Below are positions 1-6,041 of a stretch of DNA of 8,771 nucleotides, piece by piece. The stretch's first letter is position 1, and each line of letters opens with the position of its first letter. This DNA comes from Halalkalibacterium halodurans (GTDB lineage Bacteria; Bacillota; Bacilli; Bacillales; Bacillaceae_D). The notes beneath the pieces were generated by a model. It was not told the DNA's origin and did not search any database. It saw only the letters and a list, made by a program, of their open reading frames with translations. Location: contig NZ_SNUY01000043.1 in NCBI RefSeq assembly GCF_004376175.1, positions 18,767 to 27,537 of the forward strand. Direction: 5' to 3'. The translations under genes were made by a program, and so were the position numbers.

Positions 1-14
1 GGCTGTATCAAAAG
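1..14. repeat. Visible part of the left terminal inverted repeat (IRL)
   Basis: GGCTGTATCAAAAG is the exact reverse complement of 1818-1831. The match starts at base 1 of the window, so IRL may extend upstream. Confidence 0.7.
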
Positions 15-48
15 GTCATAAAAAATGACCTTTTGACAGCTCCTTTTT
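1..48 (+). terminator. Terminator-like hairpin at the IS left end
   Basis: Bases 1-5 pair with 37-41 (one G-U) and 8-19 pair with 25-36, with a 2-nt bulge at 6-7 and an AAAAA loop at 20-24. CC then TTTTT (44-48) follows. It could block read-in transcription or belong to an upstream host gene. Confidence 0.45.
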
Positions 49-59
49 CATGCCAAACA

Positions 60-88
60 TACAAAAAAATCGCCTCTTTCGGTATAAT
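60..88 (+). promoter_or_regulatory. Candidate transposase promoter
   Basis: There is a perfect -10 TATAAT at 83-88. A weak -35 TACAAA lies at 60-65 with a 17-bp spacer. The ATG is at 129. Confidence 0.4.
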
Positions 89-128
89 GAAGTTACCACA
101 CCACATTAACGAAAGAAGGCGATTTTTT
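64..128 (+). promoter_or_regulatory. Long hairpin that pairs the transposase SD region; possible fold-back inhibition or terminator for read-in transcripts
   Basis: AAAAAATCGCCTCTTTCG (64-81) pairs with CGAAAGAAGGCGATTTTTT (110-128), giving 18 bp with a 1-nt bulge. The 28-nt loop contains the TATAAT box. The right arm contains the GAAGG SD (115-119) and ends in T6 just before ATG 129. Confidence 0.5.
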
Positions 129-1751
129 ATGAGTAACCAAACGGTCACTTTCCAAGATTATACCATGAATCAGCTGTATCTTCCTATGGATTTTTCCGAT
201 TTAATTCCTGAGGATCACGTTGCTCGGATCGTGAGCGACATGATCGATGCCCTGGACGATCAGCTGTTTGTTGATGTGTATAAAGGAGGCGGTCGCCCCG
301 CCTACCACCCGAAAATGATGGCGAAAATCGTCTTGTACGGATATACACAGGGGCTGTTTTCCGCCCGTGCCATCGAAGGCGCTCTGAAAGAACACTTGCC
401 TATGATGTGGCTTTCCGCCAGCCAAGCGCCCGATTTTAACACGATTAACCGGTTTCGTTCAGAACGCTGAAAGCCGGTGATGGATGCCTTATATGCGGAG
501 ATGGTCCAGCTACTGATAGAAGAAGGGTATGTCGATGGAAAGGACTATTTTCTCGACGGCACCAAGATCGAGGCTAATGCCAACAAGTACACGTTTGTCT
601 GGCGCAAAAAGACTGAGGGATACGAAGAAAAACTGCAATCGAAAATCGAGGACAATCTTCAGGCGATTGAAGACGCCATTGCGTTCGATATCGACTCCCT
701 GAAACGAAAAGATGACACATTTCCACGCGAACGTATCTCCCGAGAAGCCCTGGAAGAAGTCGCTCAACAAGTCGAACAGGAGCTCAAGGCGCAGGAAGAC
801 GCCATCGAAGCTCTCGATACGGTCGATGAAAAACAGGGGAAGAAACAAGCTGTCAAATCGCTGCGCCAGTTTCATAAAGCGTTAACAAAGGATTATCTCC
901 CGCGTCTAGAGAAATACGAAACCCAAATGGATTTATTTGGGGATCGCAATAGTTATTCAAAGACGGACGTGGATGCCACGTTTATGCGCATGAAAGACGA
1001 TCACATGATGAACGGTCAGCTCAAAGCCGGGTACAATATCCAAGCCGGCACACAGGACCAGTTTATTCTCCATTATTCCATTCATCAGAGTCCAACGGAT
1101 GCCCGGTTGCTTAAGCCTCATTGGGAGAGTTTGAAAGAAACCGGACGGCATCTACCGGAAAACCTGATTGCGGACGCCGGCTATGGAAGTGAACCGAATT
1201 ATATGTATCTCACCGAACAGGAAGACCTGCACACGTTGATCCCTTACAACACCTATGAACAGGAACAGAAACGATCGTTTTCGAAAAAAGCGTATCATCC
1301 GCACAACTGGATGTACGATGAGAAAGACGATCTATACTGGTGCCCGAATCAGCGGAAAGTGACGTTTCGCCACTATAGTCGCCGCACAGATAAACATGGC
1401 TACACCCGAGACTTTAAAATCTATGAATGTGAGTCCTGTGAAGGATGCCCGTTTAAAGCGGACTGTACCACCGCCAAAGGCAACCGAAAAATCTATTACA
1501 ATCCGGTGTATGAAGAGTTAAAGGCGAAAGAAGCGATCAAACTGAAAAGTAACGACGGACGAACACTCTACTCGCGTCGAAAAACGGACGTGGAGAGTGT
1601 ATTTGGTCATGTCAAACAAAACCTAGGCTTCCAACGATTCCACCTGCGGGGGCTGAAAAAAGTCCACGTTGAGTTCGGCTGGGTGGCTCTGGCTCACAAC
1701 ATACGAAAGGTGGCGGCGAGAAAACGCCACCAAAAGAAACAAGCAGCATAA
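129..1751 (+). pseudogene. IS1182-family transposase interrupted by one in-frame TGA at 468-470
   Basis: ORFs 33..470 and 477..1751 are in the same frame and are separated only by TGA-AAG-CCG. The N-terminal part has the InsH/DUF772-like motif GGGRPAYHPKMMAKIVLYGYTQG...NTINRFRSER. The C-terminal part has DDE-type motifs YFLDGTKIEANANKY, LIADAGYGS and ESVFGHVKQNLGFQRFHLRGLKKV. The likely start is ATG 129 (MSNQTV...), preceded by GAAGG. Confidence 0.85.
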
Positions 1752-1762
1752 ACAGAGGCAAA

Positions 1763-1806
1763 AAATACCATGGTCACCCTCTCTATGGATGGCGTCCATG
1801 GTATTT
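1763..1806 (+). other. Subterminal hairpin after the transposase stop
   Basis: AAATACCATGG (1763-1773) pairs with CCATGGTATTT (1796-1806), an 11-bp perfect stem with a 22-nt loop. The trailing T-run is weak, so it may be a weak terminator or an end-structure. Confidence 0.3.
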
Positions 1807-1817
1807 CCCGCTAAAGG

Positions 1818-1841
1818 CTTTTGATACAGCCCCTTTTTCAT
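1818..1841. repeat. Right terminal inverted repeat (IRR), 14 bp proven and possibly 24 bp
   Basis: CTTTTGATACAGCC is the reverse complement of 1-14 (14/14). The whole 24-mer CTTTTGATACAGCCCCTTTTTCAT also matches 30-51 (CTTTTGACAGCTCCTTTTTCAT) as a direct repeat, with a 2-nt indel and 1 mismatch. Confidence 0.65.
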
Positions 1842-1911
1842 AAGAAGTGACGGAAAGCAGTATGTATCCTTTGCCTTGTTCGATAAGCTTAGGAGGGAAG
1901 GAGGAGAGAAC

Positions 1912-2845
1912 ATGATTGAAGTGATTGATCTATCAAAGACTTATCAAAACCGTCAAGTCGTAAAAGGCATCAATATGTTTATCGAAAAAGGAGAAATGGT
2001 TGGGTTGCTTGGCCCGAATGGAGCCGGGAAATCCACAACGATTTCGATGATTTCATCTTTAATTCAGCCCACGTCAGGAGATGTTTTAATAAAAGGAGGA
2101 AGCTTTCACAAGCAATCGAAAGCCATTCGTTCGATTCTTGGAGTCGTCCCACAAGAAATAGCTGTTTATCACGATTTGACCGCCCGTGAAAACCTGGCGT
2201 TCTTCGGAAAAATTTACGGGTTAAAAGGTGAGGAACTAAAACATCGTATGGAGAGCACCTTACAGCTTGTAGGATTGGAGGAACGACAAAATGATCGAGT
2301 TCATACGTTTTCTGGGGGGATGAAGAGAAGGCTCAACATCGCTGTTGCCTTGCTCCACGAACCGGAACTTATCATTATGGATGAACCCACCGTCGGCATC
2401 GATCCTCAGTCACGGAGTCACATTTTAGAAACCGTCAAAACGTTGAATCAAGAGCGGGAAATGACCGTCATTTATACGTCTCATTACATGGAGGAAGTCG
2501 AGTATTTGTGCGATCGTCTTTATATTATGGATCGAGGGGAAGTGATTGCATCAGGGACGAAAGATGAAGTGAAGGGTATCCTTTCATCGAATCAGTCGAT
2601 CAAGCTAACGACGGAGATGTATTCCCCCTCGTTTTTTAACAGCTCTGCAAGATCATCCAGTCATTTCCTCGGTAAAAGTTATGGAGCAGACCTTTACCAT
2701 CATCGTCCCAAAACGAGAAAACATCCTTGATGATCTGTTTATGCTCGCAAAAGAAACAGGAACAACCTTGAAGTCGATTGACATTCAAGCACCGACGCTC
2801 GAAGATGTGTTCTTACACTTGACTGGACGAAAGTTGCGAGATTAA
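1912..2845 (+). pseudogene. ABC transporter ATP-binding protein (ABC-2 exporter type), frameshifted by +1 nt
   Basis: ATG 1912 follows GGAGGGAAGGAGGAG. Motifs present are Walker A GPNGAGKST (from 2011), Q-loop VVPQE, signature FSGGMKRRL, Walker B LIIMDEPT and H-loop TSHYM. After about 2609-2640 the original frame turns into junk (SSARSSSHFLGKSYGADLYHHRPKTRKHP*). The next frame reads the canonical tail LTALQDHPVISSVKVMEQTFTIIVPKRENILDDLFMLAKETGTTLKSIDIQAPTLEDVFLHLTGRKLRD* and ends at TAA 2843-2845. The span is 934 nt, which is 3n+1. Confidence 0.85.
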
Positions 2846-2857
2846 AGGAGGGGCAGA

Positions 2858-4125
2858 ATGATGATTGGGCCGTTTATAAAAAAAGACCTCCTCCATTTTA
2901 TAAGAGATCGTAAAGAGTTAGCGATTCTCTTACTTATGCCATTTGTGTTAATTTCCATTCTTGGCTTTTCGTTGAAAAACGTCATGGGTGGTGATGGTGG
3001 CGATTTGTCAGTGACGATGGTCATTGTTGATGAGGGGAGTCATGTCACGGAAGCTGGGCACTTTCAAACGGTTTTACATGAGAGGGGGCTGTCAAAAGAA
3101 CAAGTACAAGCATTTTCAAGGGTCCTTCCCCATGTGTCGCTGCCTGACCTTTTGATCGACCAAATACTAGATAATGAGCAGCTTTCTTTTATTGAACACA
3201 TGTGGATGCTCTAGATGAAGTTCAGCGAGCTGATTACGACGGAGTCATCTATTTTCCGGAAGGCTATCGGATCGCTACTTGGAAGCAGGTGTTTCTAGGA
3301 GAGGACCAGGTACCAGCCGCCCAAGTTTATTTGAATGAAAAGGCACCGTTACGAGCTTCAATTGTTGACCAAATCGTTGACCAACTGTACCGATATTGGA
3401 ATATTCAAATGAGCTTAAATGAAATCGCGTCGGCCCAGCAGAGGATTCCACTTGAACCAAATTGGTTTGTGCCTGATTCTGTCGGTTCGTGGGAGTTTTT
3501 TGACGAGCGTGAGCCGATCTCTTCGTTTGATTATTATACGGTCGGGATGTGTGTCATGTTTGCTTTGTTTGTGGTGGCATTCATCGCTAGTTATGGACAA
3601 TTAGAGAAACAACAACAAGTGTTTCAACGTGTTATGCTTGCCAACGTCTCGCCATGGGTATACATGATTAGCAAATGGGTGTCAGGTACGCTTATTTCCT
3701 TCGTTCAGTTGATCATCGTTTTTACTCTTTCGTCCCTTGTTTATCAAACGACACTTCCTACGGTTCTTCCATTTGTCGTGATAACGATTATGTTTTCAAT
3801 AACAGTTGGTGCTCTAGCTGTATTGATGACATCATTCAATTATCACTTCCAGATAACGAGCTTAATTACCGTTTTCTCTAGCGGGATTGTCTCCATATTG
3901 GCGTTTGTTGGCGGTAGCTTTTTCGATATAGGGGAGTTGTCTGAATCGCTTTATCGACTGGGACAATGGACACCAAATGGAGCAGCTTTGAACTCGTATT
4001 TATACTTGTTAAGTGGAGGAGAACTGTCAGGGTTGAAGGCGACATTTTATCGACTAGCGTTCATGAGCGCATTGTTCATCGGTTGTGCATGGCTCGTCTT
4101 TCCGAAAAGGGGGGAAGCTCAATGA
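2858..4125 (+). pseudogene. ABC-2 family permease with a large extracytoplasmic loop, frameshifted by -1 nt
   Basis: GGAGG at 2847-2851 lies 6 nt before ATG 2858. The N-terminus KKDLLHFIRDRKELAILLLMPFVLISILGFSL is a typical ABC2_membrane_3 start. That frame stops at TAG 3212-3214. The protein continues in the adjacent frame (VDALDEVQRADYDGVIYFPEGY...) with five C-terminal hydrophobic helices and ends at TGA 4123-4125. The span is 1268 nt, which is 3n-1. Confidence 0.8.
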
Positions 4126-5228
4126 GAGCGATTTTGTGGAACTATTGGCGGCATTTGATTTACCGTCCGTGGTACGTCGTCGGTTTTTTTATCTTGACGG
4201 CGACCTTCGCCTTTGTGACGGGCCAGTCTTCTTTTTCAAAGGTAGAAGTACCAGTCTATGTGGAAGGAATGTCGTCTGAAGAAACGGCTAAGATGTTAGG
4301 TTATTTGAATGAGCATAAACGGTTTGATTTTCAATTAATGGATCAAGAGGAGATCGAAACAGGGTTACGTCAACATGAAATGGACTTCGCCATTGCGCTG
4401 AAGCAGGATGACTTTCGTATGCTATCCTCTGCAGAAACGGTGGACGTCAATGCAGTTTTTACCCACCTTATGATGATTTACCAAGAACAGCAAATCTATG
4501 ATCAAGCCGCTGACCACCTGTCCATATCTGCGAGCGACATCCGAACAGAAGTGGACAGGCGGCTAGCAAATCCGGCTTATAAATTGGAGAAACAACAAGC
4601 GCAAGAGGAAAAGGATTTCAAGTATGATCAAGGATTACAGTCGTTATTTGGATTCAGCTTATACTTTGCGATCATGACGATTAGTTTTACGGTTAGTATG
4701 ATCGTTCAAGAAAAACAAAACGGCCTATGGGATCGAGTGATGCTATCGCCTTTACGAAAAACACAAATTTATCTCGGTCATTTGTCGTATAGCTTTTTAC
4801 TCGGCTATGGTCAACTGGCGCTGCTATTTAGTTTCTTTCATTATCTGCTGGGCGTAAACTTTTACGGCGGATTTCCCATGGCGCTTTTAGCCCTCGCTCC
4901 ATATGTGTTTGCGATTGTGTCGCTCGGAGTGTTATTGAGTAGTTTTGTGACAAACGCTCGGCAGCTTGATGCAGTGATCCCACTCGTATCCACAAGCATG
5001 GCCATGGTCGGTGGTGCCTTTTGGCCACTAGAAATAGTTCAGTCGAGTGCCATGCTATTCGTATCTAAATTTGCTCCGATTACTTACGGAATGGAATTGC
5101 TGAAAGGAGTCACGATCAATCAAGCACCAATCCATGATGTTCTGTTTCACGCGGCTGTCTTGTTTTTGATGGGGGTCCTCTTTATGGGAATTGGTTTAAA
5201 TGTTATGGAGCGGAAAGCAAGTTCATAA
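4122..5228 (+). CDS. ABC-2 family permease (second membrane subunit), intact
   Basis: The ATG at 4122 overlaps the upstream TGA as ATGA, and AAAAGGGGGGAAG lies upstream. The N-terminal TM (PWYVVGFFILTATFAFV) is followed by a loop of roughly 190 aa. After that come EKQNGLWDRVMLSPL and multiple TM helices. The upstream in-frame extension to 3966 lies inside the previous gene and is not credible. Confidence 0.85.
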   Translation: MRAILWNYWRHLIYRPWYVVGFFILTATFAFVTGQSSFSKVEVPVYVEGMSSEETAKMLGYLNEHKRFDFQLMDQEEIETGLRQHEMDFAIALKQDDFRMLSSAETVDVNAVFTHLMMIYQEQQIYDQAADHLSISASDIRTEVDRRLANPAYKLEKQQAQEEKDFKYDQGLQSLFGFSLYFAIMTISFTVSMIVQEKQNGLWDRVMLSPLRKTQIYLGHLSYSFLLGYGQLALLFSFFHYLLGVNFYGGFPMALLALAPYVFAIVSLGVLLSSFVTNARQLDAVIPLVSTSMAMVGGAFWPLEIVQSSAMLFVSKFAPITYGMELLKGVTINQAPIHDVLFHAAVLFLMGVLFMGIGLNVMERKASS

Positions 5229-5235
5229 TAATATG

Positions 5236-5274
5236 AAAAATCAGCTTACCCAACCGGTGAGCTGATTTTTTTTA
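5236..5274. terminator. Bidirectional rho-independent terminator between the permease gene and nsrR
   Basis: ATCAGCTTACC (5240-5250) pairs with GGTGAGCTGAT (5256-5266), giving 11 bp including one G-U, with a 5-nt loop. It is flanked by AAAAA upstream and TTTTTTTT downstream. The T-run overlaps the nsrR stop codon. Confidence 0.75.
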
Positions 5275-5712
5275 TGGTTTGAGCTTGAGCAATGCTTGCA
5301 ATTCATCTTCATTGGTCAATAAATCTTTTAGTGTATACTGCTCAAGTACACGTAAATAAGCTGTAAGCGCCTCATGTAAGACACCTTTTAAGCGACAAAC
5401 CGGGTTTAAAATACATGTGTTCGTTTCGTGGTTGAAGCATTCGACGAGTTCAAGGTTATCTTCCGTTTGTTTGACGACAGCACCGATATTGATCTCTTCC
5501 GGCGCTTTTGCCAAGCGAATGCCACCGTTTCGTCCCTTTATTGTTTCAATGAGGCCGAGCTTACCTAGTTCATACGTAACCTTTGTTAAATGATTGTAGG
5601 AAATGTTATAAATCGTTGCCACTTGCTTGACGCTAGAGAGTTTGTCTTTAGGCTGTAAAGCTAAATATAAAAGCAAGCGAAGCGAGTAATCAGTATAAGA
5701 AGTTAATTGCAT
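5272..5712 (-). CDS. nsrR: Rrf2-family NO-sensing transcriptional repressor NsrR
   Basis: The protein is 146 aa. MQLTSYTDYSLRLLLYLA...NHLTKVTYELGKLGLIETIKGRNGGIRL...VECFNHETNTCILNPVCRLKGVL aligns along its length with B. subtilis NsrR as I recall it, also 146 aa. It includes the three Cys Fe-S ligands. I chose ATG 5712 (GGAG 8 nt upstream) over the track's GTG at 5721, which overlaps the SD. Confidence 0.9.
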   Translation of the reverse strand: MQLTSYTDYSLRLLLYLALQPKDKLSSVKQVATIYNISYNHLTKVTYELGKLGLIETIKGRNGGIRLAKAPEEINIGAVVKQTEDNLELVECFNHETNTCILNPVCRLKGVLHEALTAYLRVLEQYTLKDLLTNEDELQALLKLKP

Positions 5713-5743
5713 TTCATTCACTCCAAATGATCATGTCGATAAC

Positions 5744-5772
5744 AGCATACCATAAAGTGAAACTTCATTCAG
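5744..5772 (-). promoter_or_regulatory. Candidate nsrR promoter (extended -10)
   Basis: On the minus strand, TGgTATGCT has its TG at 5752-5751 and its hexamer at 5749-5744. A weak -35 CTGAAT lies at 5772-5767 with a 17-bp spacer. This is a sequence match only. Confidence 0.25.
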
Positions 5773-5944
5773 TGGGGGGATTTTTTAGCGTCTCCACTAA
5801 AAGGAGATGAAGTCTATACGGCATGGGGATTTTATCCTATTTCCATTCAATGGATACGTTAACGTATGGGGGTGCAAGCTTTAGCGTCAGGTAAACAGAA
5901 AAAAGGAAGACGAGGACTCATTTGTGGCGAAAATTTAACAATGG

Positions 5945-6013
5945 TTTAAATGTGTATTTTAAATATTGATTAATGAACATAGGTGGTGTACTTTAAATAT
6001 GTATACAAAATAC
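5945..6013 (+). promoter_or_regulatory. hmp promoter/operator region with three TTTAAAT-core 13-mers (putative NsrR operators)
   Basis: The three copies are TTTAAATGTGTAT (5945-5957), TTTAAATATTGAT (5958-5970) and TTTAAATATGTAT (5992-6004). The third is followed by ACAAAATAC, which gives a partial dyad around GTATAC. Candidate hexamers are TTTAAA (5945-5950) or TTGATT (5966-5971), and ATTAAT (5969-5974) or TACTTT (5989-5994). The SD GTGAGG is at 6026-6031. Confidence 0.55.
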
Positions 6014-6041
6014 TTATTTATAAAAGTGAGGCGATCCATCC

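Larger units (their letters stand above)
1..1841 (+). mobile_element. IS1182-family insertion sequence; the left end is probably clipped by the window start
   Basis: It encodes one long transposase reading frame with IS1182-type N- and C-terminal domains. A perfect 14-bp terminal inverted repeat lies at 1-14 (GGCTGTATCAAAAG) and 1818-1831 (CTTTTGATACAGCC). The right-end similarity continues to 1841 (CCTTTTTCAT), matching an internal copy at 30-51. Confidence 0.8.

Noticed and set aside
33-128. N-terminal extension of the transposase ORF (MTAPFSCQTYKK...) in the ORF track
   Set aside because: It runs through the terminal hairpins and the TATAAT box and has no SD. ATG 129 has an SD and matches the usual IS1182 transposase N-terminus.
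468-470. TGA read as Trp (alternative genetic code) or as selenocysteine
   Set aside because: TGA is used as a genuine stop for the first permease (4123-4125) and the M20 peptidase (7339-7341). I see no obvious SECIS-like hairpin downstream, and transposases are not known selenoproteins.
510-875. Antisense or alternate-frame ORFs inside annotated genes (510-875, 957-1151, 1623-1913, 3275-3600, 3675-3881, 4085-4279, 4828-5028, 6236-6454, 7432-7869, 8116-8313, 8316-8601)
   Set aside because: All are nested in strongly supported genes. They have low-complexity or Cys/Arg-rich junk translations and no SD, so they are typical shadow ORFs.
1876-1911. Upstream ATG start (MFDKLRREGGEN) for the ABC ATPase
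   Set aside because: This extension is simply the translated SD region GGAGGGAAGGAGGAG. ATG 1912 has ideal spacing and gives the canonical MIEVIDLSKTY start.
2609-2640. Programmed ribosomal frameshift in the ABC ATPase
   Set aside because: There is no recognisable slippery heptamer with a downstream stimulatory structure, and no precedent for this protein family. A homopolymer indel, real or artefactual, is the simpler explanation.
3966-4121. A 52-codon upstream extension of the second permease ORF
   Set aside because: It lies entirely inside the first permease's coding region in another frame. ATG 4122 has an SD and an ATGA stop-start overlap typical of coupled ABC subunits.
5713-5721. GTG start (MNEM...) for nsrR
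   Set aside because: The GTG overlaps the GGAG SD itself. ATG 5712 gives a 146-aa protein starting MQLTSYTDYSLR, like B. subtilis NsrR.
5807-5884. A 25-codon small ORF (MKSIRHGDFILFPFNGYVNVWGCKL) in the nsrR-hmp intergenic region
   Set aside because: The GGAG abuts the ATG with zero spacing. There is no recognisable peptide family and it overlaps the palindromes. It may be a chance ORF and would need Ribo-seq to revive.
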